Made by a program: the position numbers and the translations under genes. Positions 8,584 through 17,920 of a DNA stretch of 58,867 nucleotides are shown one piece after another. The stretch's first letter is position 1. The number at the start of each line of letters is the position of its first letter. The stretch lies in IMG/VR virus record IMGVR_UViG_3300049203_000265, positions 1 through 58,867 of that record, one strand, 5' to 3'. Source of the stretch: a virus. Taxonomy: Duplodnaviria > Caudoviricetes. A model generated the notes under the pieces. That model made no database searches. It was not told the DNA's origin and saw only the letters and a program-made list of their open reading frames with translations.

Positions 8584-9923
8584 TGCGCACCAGGCTCTTC
8601 CAGAGGAGTCCGCGACCACAGCCGAAGGCTGTGATCCTGACCATTCTGCTCTCGAAGAGCACGATCACTTCTGCGTCCATCAGTGAGGCCGCCGCGGCCT
8701 CCGACTCGCTCTCGGCGACCGTGGTGCGAGTGGACGTGCTCTCGGAGTCCGCCTCGGGCACCGACACCGTCTCGTCGGTCCGCCAGTCGCCCGTCTCGCT
8801 CACGGAGCTCGGAGCGGGCTCCGAGACGGTCTCCGGGGCCAACCAGTCGCCCGTCTCGCTCGCCGAGGCCGGTTCGGGCTCCGATACGCTCTCGAGTGCT
8901 CTGCAGTCGCCCGTTTCGCTCTCCGAGGCCGGTTCGGGCTCGGAGACGGTGTCGGCGACACAGAGCACGACCGGGTCGGTCGCCGAGGCCGCATCCGGTT
9001 CGGACGCAATCTCGAGCGTCAGGGCGTCGCCCGTCTCGCTCACGGAAGCCGCGTCCGGCGGCGACACGACCGACGCGAGCACGTCGGGCAACCTCGTCAG
9101 CCTGGCGGAGCCGGCGAGCGCGGTGGACTCCGTCGGGACGACTCTACAGACCTCGGCGTCGGTCTCCGAGGCGGCTAGCGCGGCGGACGCGCCGTCCACC
9201 ACCCTGTCGACCGGGGCAAGCCTCGCCGAGGCGGCGTCGGCCGCGGAGGTCGTGTCGGCCGTCATGGCGGCGGTGGTGTCGATCGTCGAGGCAGCGGCCG
9301 CGGCGGACTCGCCCTCGGTCGTCAGACAGTCGAGCCACAGCCTGACGGAGCCGGCCTCGGCGGCCGACACGACCAACGCGTCCACCAGCAATCCGCTGTC
9401 CGACAGTCTGTCCGAGCCGGCGAGCGCGGCCGACACGGTGTCCACCACCGCCGCGATGGGCGTTGTGCTGAGCGAGCCGTCGCCGGCCTCGGACTCCGTG
9501 TCGGGGAGCAAGGCCACGTCGGCGGCCACCACCGAGGCCGCGGTCGCGGCGGACACGGTGTCGTCGGTCCGGACACTCGCCGTCGTGGTGCAGGAGTCGG
9601 CCAACAGCGGCGACACGTGGTCGACGATCGCGTCGATGGCGGTTCAGATCGGCGAGTTCGCCACCGGCCAGGACGTGGTGTCGACACTGTGGGCGACGCT
9701 CGCCCAGCTGACGGAGGTCGCGTCCGCACAGGACGTCATGAGCGCCAACACCCCGCAGGTGTCACTCGTCGAGGTCGCCGACGCCAAGGACTTCGTCGCT
9801 TGGATCAACTTCGACGGCGAAGAGCGACGGTACCGTGTGACGGCCGAGGCGCGCTCGTTCACGGTACCGGGCGAGGATCGCAGTATCGACGTAACCGACC
9901 AGGACAGGAGCTTCGGAGTATGA
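8583..9923 (+). CDS. repeat-containing fibre shaft-like protein
   Basis: About twenty ~19-aa repeats of S(L/V)xE(A/P)ASAxD(T/S)VS. Confidence 0.7.
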   Translation: MRTRLFQRSPRPQPKAVILTILLSKSTITSASISEAAAASDSLSATVVRVDVLSESASGTDTVSSVRQSPVSLTELGAGSETVSGANQSPVSLAEAGSGSDTLSSALQSPVSLSEAGSGSETVSATQSTTGSVAEAASGSDAISSVRASPVSLTEAASGGDTTDASTSGNLVSLAEPASAVDSVGTTLQTSASVSEAASAADAPSTTLSTGASLAEAASAAEVVSAVMAAVVSIVEAAAAADSPSVVRQSSHSLTEPASAADTTNASTSNPLSDSLSEPASAADTVSTTAAMGVVLSEPSPASDSVSGSKATSAATTEAAVAADTVSSVRTLAVVVQESANSGDTWSTIASMAVQIGEFATGQDVVSTLWATLAQLTEVASAQDVMSANTPQVSLVEVADAKDFVAWINFDGEERRYRVTAEARSFTVPGEDRSIDVTDQDRSFGV

Positions 9924-10246
9924 GCGAGACATTCGTCGTCGACAGCAAGACCGGCAAGGCGTCGATCGTCAAGGACCCCAACGCCGTGCTGGACTACACG
10001 TTCGATTGGACGACGTGGATGGACGCCATCCCGGAGACCACCATTTCCGCGGCGGACATCTCCGTGGTCGGGAGCGCGGTCGGCAGCACCGCAGCCCTAC
10101 AGTCGTACACCATTGCGGGCAAGACCGTGGTGGCGTGGATCTCCGGCGGCATCGTCGGGGAGAAGGTCACCGTGCGCTGCCGGATCACCACCGCGGGCGG
10201 GCGCATCGACGACCGCACCGTCTACCTCAAGATCAAAGAGCGCTGA
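9920..10246 (+). CDS. fibre-adaptor-like protein
   Basis: KDPNAVLDYTFDW...VAWISGG...CRITTAGGRIDDRT, a recognisable family next to phage fibre genes. Confidence 0.65.
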   Translation: MSETFVVDSKTGKASIVKDPNAVLDYTFDWTTWMDAIPETTISAADISVVGSAVGSTAALQSYTIAGKTVVAWISGGIVGEKVTVRCRITTAGGRIDDRTVYLKIKER

Positions 10247-11667
10247 TGGCCGTCGAGTTCAAGCTCTACGAGAAGCAACGCCGGGCGATCATGTCCCCGG
10301 CGGAGGAGATCCTGTACGGCGGCGCGGCCGGCGGCGGGAAGAGCTACATGATGCGCGTGCTCGCCATCATCCTGTGCATGGAGATCCCGAACCTCAAGGT
10401 CTTCCTCTTCCGGCGGATGTACAAGGAGCTGTACATCAACCACGTCTACTCGCCAGACGGATTCCTCGTCATGATGAAGCAGTTCATCGACAGTGGCGAC
10501 GTGGTGTTCAACAAGTCCGACGGGGTGTTCAACTTCACCTTCAACGGAGCACAGATCTACCTCTGTCACGCCCAGCACGAGACGGACATCCAGACCTACC
10601 TCGGCGCCGAGATCCATGTGCTCCTGGTGGACGAGGCCACACAGTTCACGGAGAAGATGGTCCGCTTCCTCCGCACCCGTGTCCGGCTCGGCGGCCTCAT
10701 CCTGCCGGCCAAGTGGGCGAAGCTGCTCCCGAAGATCATCTACGGGACCAACCCCGGCGGCATCAGCCACAGTTACTTCAAGAAGGGTTTCGTGTCCCAC
10801 GGCGAGAGGAGCGTGTTCAAGGCACCGGCCAACGACGGTGGAATGACCCGAGAGTTCATCCCGGCCCTGTCGACCGACAACATCATCATGCTGAAGAACG
10901 ACCCCCGGTACGGCGACCGCATTCGAGGCATCGGCGACGACCGGCTGGCGAACGCCTACCTGCACGGCAGCTGGGACCTCGACGAGGGCAACGCGTTCTC
11001 GGACCTGTGGGACCCGCACTTTCACATCGTGCAGAACCTCTCGCTTCCCAGACACTGGAAGATCGACCGCTGCCACGACTACGGGTACTCCGCGCCGGCC
11101 GCGATGCTGCACGCCGCGGAGAGCGACGGGACCAAGGTGGTCATCAACGACAAGGAGATGATCATCCCGCGCAAGAGCATCATCTTCATCTCGGAGCTCT
11201 ACCTCGCGGACAAGGAGGACAAGGGCCTCAAGCTCCTGCCGTACGAGCTCGGACTGCGGATGTACAACCACGAGGTCGGCCAGGGCTACCGGAATCTGGT
11301 ACAGGCCGGCCCGGCGGACAGCTCCATCTTCGACAAGGACAAGGGGATGGCGTCCATCCACGACTACTACGTCCAGAAGGGCGTGCGGTTCACCCGGGCG
11401 GACAAGCGGCCCGGCAGCCGTGAGCGCGGCTACGTGCTGTGGCGCCAGGGTCTGAAGGCCGCACTGGAGCGGAATGTGGAGCAGCCGTGGATTCTCGTGC
11501 ACCGGAGCTGCTCCAACCTGATCAGCCAGATTCCTGAGCTGCCGGTGGACCCTGAGAACCCGCAGGACGTGTACAGCTCCGCCAACGACCACCTCTACGA
11601 CGCCGGGCGCTACCGGCTGCTGAAGAGCGTGCTGACCGCCGAAATGAACGAAGTTTACGGAACGTGA
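10246..11667 (+). CDS. terL: terminase large subunit
   Basis: Walker A YGGAAGGGKS, Walker B LLVDEATQF, GTNPGG coupling motif, nuclease DYGYS and DHLYDAGRY. Confidence 0.95.
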   Translation: MAVEFKLYEKQRRAIMSPAEEILYGGAAGGGKSYMMRVLAIILCMEIPNLKVFLFRRMYKELYINHVYSPDGFLVMMKQFIDSGDVVFNKSDGVFNFTFNGAQIYLCHAQHETDIQTYLGAEIHVLLVDEATQFTEKMVRFLRTRVRLGGLILPAKWAKLLPKIIYGTNPGGISHSYFKKGFVSHGERSVFKAPANDGGMTREFIPALSTDNIIMLKNDPRYGDRIRGIGDDRLANAYLHGSWDLDEGNAFSDLWDPHFHIVQNLSLPRHWKIDRCHDYGYSAPAAMLHAAESDGTKVVINDKEMIIPRKSIIFISELYLADKEDKGLKLLPYELGLRMYNHEVGQGYRNLVQAGPADSSIFDKDKGMASIHDYYVQKGVRFTRADKRPGSRERGYVLWRQGLKAALERNVEQPWILVHRSCSNLISQIPELPVDPENPQDVYSSANDHLYDAGRYRLLKSVLTAEMNEVYGT

Positions 11668-11674
11668 GGATACT

Positions 11675-13027
11675 GTGGGCAAAGACATCAAAGAGTTCGC
11701 CAACCCGCAGTATCTCAAGATGCTGCCGGACTACCAGCTCATCCGCGACTGTTTCGACGGGTCGCGCGCCGTCAAGGAGGCCGGCGTCAAGTACCTGCCG
11801 AAGCTGAAGGGCCAGTCCCAGGACGATTACGACAACTACCTCACACGGGCGCTCTTCTTCCCCATCACCGGCAAGACCTGCACCACGATGGTGGGCATGG
11901 CCACGACCAAGCCGCCCAAGGCCGTTTACCCTGCGGAATTGGAGGACTACTTCGTCGACACCAACGCGAGCTACCAGTTCACGGAGTTCTACGTGCGCAC
12001 GCTCACCGAGGTCACCCTTATGGGCAGGTGGGGCGTGCTCATCGACGGCCCGGCGAATGCTTCGGGCGAGCCGCGGCTGTGCCCGTACAGTGCAGAGAAC
12101 ATCATGCGCTGGATCGTCGACCGTGACGGCAGGCCGATCGATCTCCTGTTGAGGGAGATGCACCTCGTTTCCGGCGAGCAGGAATTCGAGCTGAAGATGG
12201 TGACGATCTACCGCAGATGCGTCGTGGCCAACGGCGTGTACACGGTGATGGAATACGACGAGGACCTGAAGCCGAGCAAGCCGCCGGTCACCCCACTCTT
12301 CTCCGGCCGGACGATCGACTACGTGCCGTTCGTCTGCATGGGCTCGACCGGCGTCCACATGGAGCCGGACCGCCCGCCGATGCTCGACATCGCGACCATC
12401 AACCACTCGCACTACCTCACGAGCGCGGACCTCGAGTGGGGTCGCCACATCACAGGCCTTCCGACGCCGGTGGTGTCGGGCGTCGACTCCAGCACCAAGC
12501 TCTCCATCGGCGGCACTTCCGCCTGGGTGCTGCCGACGCCGGAGGCGAAGGCCTACTACATGGAGTTTCTCGGCCAGGGCCTGCAGTCGCTCGAGAAGGG
12601 CATGGCCGACAAGATCAGCCTGATGGCGTCCGTGTCGGCCCGCATGGTGGACACGTCCACCCGCGGTTCGGAGGCCGCCGAAACAGTCAAACTGCGCTAC
12701 ATGAGCGAGACGGCCAGCCTGGTACACATCATCAACTCCGTGGAGGGCGGGCTGACGATGCTGTACAACATGCTCGCCAAGCTGAAACTCTCGACGGGCG
12801 AGATCAAGCTGACGTTCTCCAAGGAGATCATCGGGGCCGGCATCACGTTCAAGGACCTGGCCGCGATGTTCGAGGCCTTCTACAAACGCATGATCAGCAA
12901 AGAGACGTTGATCTACAACCTGCGACGGGTCGACGCGATCGACCCCAACAGATCGGACGAGGATGAGATGGCGGCCATCCCGGACCCTCCTGAACCCAAG
13001 CCGCCGACAATACCGACAGGAGCCTGA
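11675..13027 (+). CDS. portal protein (DUF4055-like)
   Basis: Follows terL; YLPK...YDNYLTRALF, PPMLDIATINHSHYLTSADLE. Confidence 0.85.
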   Translation: MGKDIKEFANPQYLKMLPDYQLIRDCFDGSRAVKEAGVKYLPKLKGQSQDDYDNYLTRALFFPITGKTCTTMVGMATTKPPKAVYPAELEDYFVDTNASYQFTEFYVRTLTEVTLMGRWGVLIDGPANASGEPRLCPYSAENIMRWIVDRDGRPIDLLLREMHLVSGEQEFELKMVTIYRRCVVANGVYTVMEYDEDLKPSKPPVTPLFSGRTIDYVPFVCMGSTGVHMEPDRPPMLDIATINHSHYLTSADLEWGRHITGLPTPVVSGVDSSTKLSIGGTSAWVLPTPEAKAYYMEFLGQGLQSLEKGMADKISLMASVSARMVDTSTRGSEAAETVKLRYMSETASLVHIINSVEGGLTMLYNMLAKLKLSTGEIKLTFSKEIIGAGITFKDLAAMFEAFYKRMISKETLIYNLRRVDAIDPNRSDEDEMAAIPDPPEPKPPTIPTGA

Positions 13028-13030
13028 CAC

Positions 13031-13762
13031 ATGGTTATGAAGTACAAGATCGCCGCGCTCACGGACGTGCCCGAGGCACTCCGCTCCGAGTACAAGCCGG
13101 ACCCCGCAGGCGGGTTCGTCCTGGACGCTGAGGGCGTGGTGCCCAAGGAGCGCCTGGACGAGTTCCGCAACAACAACATCGCTCTCCAGCAGCAGATCGA
13201 CAAGTACAAGGACGTCGACCCCGTCAAGTACAAAGAGCTGATGCAGATTCAGCGCCGCATTCAGGAGAAGGAACTGATCGATAAGGGCGACGTCGACAAA
13301 CTGGTCGAACTGCGCGTGGCCACCATGCGCGATGAGTTGACCGGCCAGGTCAACACGCTCAACACCAGTCTGGCCACGGCCACGCAAACTCTGTCCGTCC
13401 TGATGATCGACAACAAGGTCAAGGACGCGGCAGTGAAGCTCGGCGTGACCCCGACGGCGATGGACGACGTGGTGCTCCGCGCGCACACCACCTACAAGGT
13501 GGACAACGGTCAGGCGGTTCCGAAGGACGGCAAGGGCCAGGTCATCTACGGCAAGGACGGCAAGAGCCCGATGGACATCGAGGAGTGGATGACCGGCCTG
13601 AAGAAAACCGCGCCCCACCTGTTCCTCGGGACGACGGGATCCGGTGCCGCGGGCGGCCACCTCGGCACCGCGGGCTTCGACATCACGAAGGCCAGCCCAC
13701 TCGACAAGATCAACGAGGGTCTCAGGGCCGGCGGGCTGCTGGCCAACCTGCCGGGGGCCTGA
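13031..13762 (+). CDS. head scaffolding protein
   Basis: Coiled-coil protein between portal and capsid; APHLF...GSGAAGG tail. Confidence 0.7.
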   Translation: MVMKYKIAALTDVPEALRSEYKPDPAGGFVLDAEGVVPKERLDEFRNNNIALQQQIDKYKDVDPVKYKELMQIQRRIQEKELIDKGDVDKLVELRVATMRDELTGQVNTLNTSLATATQTLSVLMIDNKVKDAAVKLGVTPTAMDDVVLRAHTTYKVDNGQAVPKDGKGQVIYGKDGKSPMDIEEWMTGLKKTAPHLFLGTTGSGAAGGHLGTAGFDITKASPLDKINEGLRAGGLLANLPGA

Positions 13763-13778
13763 GCCCCTGAAGTCCTAC

Positions 13779-13818
13779 GACCAAAGGGGTTTACAAACAG
13801 AGAAAATCGCCGTATAAT
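13779..13818 (+). promoter_or_regulatory. capsid promoter GACCAAAGGGG-TTTACA-N17-TATAAT
   Basis: Near-consensus sigma70 boxes with 17 bp spacer. Confidence 0.75.
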
Positions 13819-13966
13819 GTCACCCAAGCGCGAGAACCGGGGTCCGGGTGCTCGCAGTAGTGCTCGCCATCTCGAGATGCCTGGTAGGCATCTCGAAATG
13901 CGCAGGACCCTCCGGTGGAGGGGATGTTGACGCAGATCTTCATCAACTCTTCCGGAGAATTCCGAA

Positions 13967-14899
13967 ATGGCATCGCTCACCCTGACCGAAGCCGCCAAGA
14001 TCCAGCAGAATCCGCTGATCGCCGGCGTCATCGAGTCGATCGTCACGGTCAACCAGTTTTACCGCGTCCTGCCGTTCGACCAGATTGTCGGCAACGCTCT
14101 GCTGTACTCGCGCGAGAACGCCCTGGGCGGCGTGGCTCCGATCGGCATCGGCGGCGGGTCCAACGCCATCCCGGCGGCCGCGAAGCTCCCGGCGACCTTC
14201 ACGCCGGTCACGACCCCGCTCAAGGCCCTGATCGGCGACGCCGAGGTCGACCACTTCATCAACGTCACGATGGGTACCCAGAACAGCCAGACCGGCGTTC
14301 AGGTGATGTCGAAGGCCAAGAACCTCGGCCGCGAGTACCAGCGCCAGTTCATCCTCGGCGACTCGGCGGTCGATCCGCTGGAGTTCGACGGCCTCCAAAA
14401 GCTGACGCCCACGGCGCAGACCAAGGACTATGCGTCGGCGGCCTACACCCTGGACATGCTCGACGAGCTGATCAGCATGGTGAAGGCCAAGGACGGCGCG
14501 GTGGACTTCATCATGATGCCCGACGAAGGCCTGCGCAAGCACATGTCGGTGCTCCGCGGCCTGGGCGGCGCGAGCCTGACCGAAGTCGTGAACCTGCCCG
14601 GCGGCGGACAGCAGATGTTCTACCGCGGCATCCCGATGTTCCGCAACGACTACATCCCGGTGTCCGGCGGCGGCTCGCCCCGCAACGGCGACATCTACGT
14701 CGGGACGGTGGACGACGGCTCTCGCAAGGTCGGCATCGCCGGCCTGACTAGCCAAGTGCAGGCCGGCATCTTCGTGTCGGCGGTCGGCGAGGCCGAGCAG
14801 ACCAACGACATCATCACCCGCCTTCGCTTCTACGCGAGCATGGCGGTGTTCACGGAGCTGGGGGTCGCCCGCGGCAAAGACGTGAAGATGGTCGGCTGA
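13967..14899 (+). CDS. major capsid protein (HK97 fold)
   Basis: LTLTEAAK...LPF...GDAEVDHFI...FILGD...EFDGL; position; GGAG RBS. Confidence 0.9.
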   Translation: MASLTLTEAAKIQQNPLIAGVIESIVTVNQFYRVLPFDQIVGNALLYSRENALGGVAPIGIGGGSNAIPAAAKLPATFTPVTTPLKALIGDAEVDHFINVTMGTQNSQTGVQVMSKAKNLGREYQRQFILGDSAVDPLEFDGLQKLTPTAQTKDYASAAYTLDMLDELISMVKAKDGAVDFIMMPDEGLRKHMSVLRGLGGASLTEVVNLPGGGQQMFYRGIPMFRNDYIPVSGGGSPRNGDIYVGTVDDGSRKVGIAGLTSQVQAGIFVSAVGEAEQTNDIITRLRFYASMAVFTELGVARGKDVKMVG

Positions 14900-14905
14900 T
14901 CCGCC

Positions 14906-15454
14906 GTGAGCCTGACAGTCGACAGCGGGCCCCTCACCCAGACTTGCAACTCGTACGCAAGTCTGGGAGAGATGACGACCTACGTCACCGACATGGTGGC
15001 CGACGAGACCGTGGCCGATCAGTGGTCGGACCTCGACGCCAACGTCAAGGCTGCTTACCTGGTGAACGCCAGCAAGCGCCTGGACCAGCTGTTCGACTGG
15101 ATCGGAGAGAGGTACTCCGAGGCTCAGGGCATGAAGTGGCCGCGCTACAACGCGTGCGTGGACGGGTACCTGCTGACATCCACGGTCATCCCGCCGGCCG
15201 TGCGCGACGCGGCCTGCGAGATGGCGGTGTGGATGATGCAGAATGACGGGGTGATCTCCGTCGGCCAGTCACAGGCCTACAGCAAGATCGAGGTCGGCCC
15301 CATCCAGATCGACTTCAACCAGAACCTCGCCACTGCGGACCGCAAGTACGCGCCCGATAACGTGCCGATGATGCTGCGCGACTACGGCAGTATGAAGAAC
15401 CCTGACTTGCCGGGCGCCAAGAGCATCAGAGTCGTGAGGTTGGTCCGTGCTTAA
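14906..15454 (+). CDS. head-tail adaptor (DnaT-like family)
   Basis: NSYASL...QGMKWPR...IPPAVRDAACEMA. Confidence 0.75.
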   Translation: MSLTVDSGPLTQTCNSYASLGEMTTYVTDMVADETVADQWSDLDANVKAAYLVNASKRLDQLFDWIGERYSEAQGMKWPRYNACVDGYLLTSTVIPPAVRDAACEMAVWMMQNDGVISVGQSQAYSKIEVGPIQIDFNQNLATADRKYAPDNVPMMLRDYGSMKNPDLPGAKSIRVVRLVRA

Positions 15455-15806
15455 GGACACCGTCGCCGACGCGGTCGTCCAGGCCCGAGAGGCTCTGGAG
15501 GACCTCCTGGTCGAGGTGCCGGTGACCAGCCGAACGCCCAACGATCACGTGCCCGGGCAAGTGCAAACGTACGTCCCGACCGTCAAGACCATGAAGATGG
15601 CGGTACTGAACTACACCGACAAGGAGATCGACGGCAACCAGGTCAAATCCGTGGACCTGAAAGCAGTCCTGTTCCCCATCGACGGTTCGGTCGAGACCAA
15701 CGACCTGATCCTCCACGGCGGCGTCACCTACCGCATCCACCGAAACGATCCAACGATGATCGGAACCACCGTACTGATAAACACCCTGCAGCTGAGACCC
15801 ACGTGA
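15447..15806 (+). CDS. head closure protein
   Basis: Size, position, beta-barrel pattern ending LQLR. Confidence 0.6.
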   Translation: MLKDTVADAVVQAREALEDLLVEVPVTSRTPNDHVPGQVQTYVPTVKTMKMAVLNYTDKEIDGNQVKSVDLKAVLFPIDGSVETNDLILHGGVTYRIHRNDPTMIGTTVLINTLQLRPT

Positions 15807-16180
15807 TTCAGTACTCGATCAATTCCTCTGGGTGGCCTACCAAGGAGGACCTAGAGGAATTGGCCGAAGAGAGCGTCAAGCAGTACATCGGAGAAATCTT
15901 CCGATCCGCTGTTAAGCTTTCGCCTGTCTACTCGGGAGCGTTCCGAGCCAGCTGGCGCGTGAGCTACAACGAAGTGCGGACGGACGTGACCCCAGGGCGG
16001 GGTCCAGACGACCCGGTGCGCGGCGCGGCGTTCAGGTGGCCGCCAGGATTCAAGCTGGGATATACCGTGTACGTGTCCAATGCGCAGCCGTACGCCGAGC
16101 TCATCGAGTACGGCGGATGGTCCAACCAGGCGCCCTTCGGGGTGCTGCGGCTGGCCATCGCTGGGGCGAACCTGCGATGA
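15803..16180 (+). CDS. neck/tail completion protein (HK97 gp10-like)
   Basis: SPVYSGAFRASW...NAQPYAELIEYG..SNQAPFG. Confidence 0.8.
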   Translation: MIQYSINSSGWPTKEDLEELAEESVKQYIGEIFRSAVKLSPVYSGAFRASWRVSYNEVRTDVTPGRGPDDPVRGAAFRWPPGFKLGYTVYVSNAQPYAELIEYGGWSNQAPFGVLRLAIAGANLR

Positions 16181-16596
16181 AGTACAACAACGTCCAGACG
16201 CTCGTCGAGCAGTACGCGAAGGACACCTTCGCGTCACTGAACATCCAGCTCGCCTACGAGAACGCGGAGTTCAACCCCACCCTCTACACGAAGTACGTGC
16301 AGATGACGGTCCGGTTCGGCGACTCATTCCAGCGGGCCGTGGAGAACTGCTACCGAGTCGTCGGGATACTCCTGCTTGACATCAAGACCAGACCCGGTAC
16401 GGGCAAAGTCGAGTCGCTGACATTGGCAGACCAGTTGGCACCGTTCTTCGTCAAGAAGATTCTGGTGGCGACGCCGCCTCTCACGGCACCGGTGGTGCAA
16501 TTCATGGTACCCGAACTGGTCAAGGGGGCCAACGAGTCCAACGGCTGGATGGTCGACCATTACAGCTGCCCCTTCTACTTCAACGTGGAGTTCTGA
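16177..16596 (+). CDS. tail terminator protein
   Basis: AYENAEFNP...GILLLDI..PGTG...LADQL; directly before the tail tube. Confidence 0.7.
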   Translation: MKYNNVQTLVEQYAKDTFASLNIQLAYENAEFNPTLYTKYVQMTVRFGDSFQRAVENCYRVVGILLLDIKTRPGTGKVESLTLADQLAPFFVKKILVATPPLTAPVVQFMVPELVKGANESNGWMVDHYSCPFYFNVEF

Positions 16597-16597
16597 C

Positions 16598-17896
16598 ATG
16601 GCATCAGCCGACCTACTGGTTGTTCGATACATCAAAGAAGTGACGATGGGCGTCACGCCGGACAGCGGCGCGAAGGCCACCGGCACGCTCACCGGTTCGG
16701 GCCAACCGGCCAACAGTGACACCGTCACCATCAACGGCGTCACGTACACCTTCAAGACCGCGCTCACACCGGCGGCGTACGAGGTCAAGATCGGCGCGTC
16801 CTTGCAGGCGACACTCCTGAACCTGTACAACGCCATCAACCGCGCGGGCGGCGTGCCCGACACGGACTATGGCAAGGCGACGCCGGAGCACGGCACCGTC
16901 GAGGCGACGAGCGCCTCAGCCACCACTGTGGTCGTGCGCTCGAAGCGCGGCGGCACCGCCGGCAACGCGTACGCCACGACGGATGGTTCGGTCAACTTGT
17001 CGTGGGGCGGAGCCACTCTGGCCGGCGGCACCAACTCGGGATCCACAGCTCTCAAGCAGTTGCGCTACATCACCGAGTCGCTCGTCCACAACATCGAGAC
17101 CACCCAGTCCACGGAGGTCACGCCGGACCGCGCCGAGACCGATACCATCCCCGTGTCGGTGCAGGGCTCGGGCGGCGCCAACTTCGAACTGTCGTACGCG
17201 TCGTTCGACGACTTCCTCGAAGCCGTGATGTGCGGCGCCTACTCCGGCCTGAACCTGGACAACGGCACGACTCTCTCGACCTTCATGATCCAGAAGGAGT
17301 TCGGTGGCATGGCGCCGACCCAGTTCCACGACTTCAACGGCGTGGCCGTGGACGGCATGGACCTCAACATGGACGTGGGCAAGATCGTCACCGGCGCGCT
17401 CAGCTTCCTGGCGTTCGGCGCCACGGTGTTCGAAGCACAGATCGGCGGCGCGACCTTCCCGGCCGTCTCGACCACCACGCCGATGTCCGCGGTGGCGAAT
17501 TTGCAGAACATCAGCATCGACGGCGTGCCGTACACCGGCTGCGTGATGTCGATGAAGCTGCGGATCAAGAACAACATCCGCGCCATCCGCTGTGTGGGCC
17601 AGCCGAAGCCCCGCGACATGAAGGTCGGCAAGTTCCAGGTGACCGGCGACCTCCAATTCTACTTCAACGAGGGGTCGAACTATTCCAAGTTCACCAAGAA
17701 CACGGAGTTCAGCTTCAGCTTCGAGCTGCAGGACGCGGTTAGCAACAAGTACACCTTCACCTTCCCCCGCTGCAAGTTCGAGACCGGCGAGGTCGCGGGC
17801 GGCGGCATCAACACGGACGTCATGTTCAACGCGTCGTTCCGTGCGTTGAAGGACACGGTCACCGGTCGAGTCCTTCGCATCACCAAGACGTCCTGA
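16598..17896 (+). CDS. major tail tube protein with inserted surface domain
   Basis: YIKEVTMGVTP...LRYITESL...ELSYASFDDFLEA...VTGDLQFYF. Confidence 0.85.
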   Translation: MASADLLVVRYIKEVTMGVTPDSGAKATGTLTGSGQPANSDTVTINGVTYTFKTALTPAAYEVKIGASLQATLLNLYNAINRAGGVPDTDYGKATPEHGTVEATSASATTVVVRSKRGGTAGNAYATTDGSVNLSWGGATLAGGTNSGSTALKQLRYITESLVHNIETTQSTEVTPDRAETDTIPVSVQGSGGANFELSYASFDDFLEAVMCGAYSGLNLDNGTTLSTFMIQKEFGGMAPTQFHDFNGVAVDGMDLNMDVGKIVTGALSFLAFGATVFEAQIGGATFPAVSTTTPMSAVANLQNISIDGVPYTGCVMSMKLRIKNNIRAIRCVGQPKPRDMKVGKFQVTGDLQFYFNEGSNYSKFTKNTEFSFSFELQDAVSNKYTFTFPRCKFETGEVAGGGINTDVMFNASFRALKDTVTGRVLRITKTS

Positions 17897-17920
17897 TAAG
17901 GACTAGAAAGAGAGCATTCA

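Noticed and set aside
11522-13660. Long antisense ORFs (also 23206..25443, 10222..11718, 19242..20510 and others)
   Set aside because: In-register shadows of high-GC3 sense genes; no RBS or recognisable motifs
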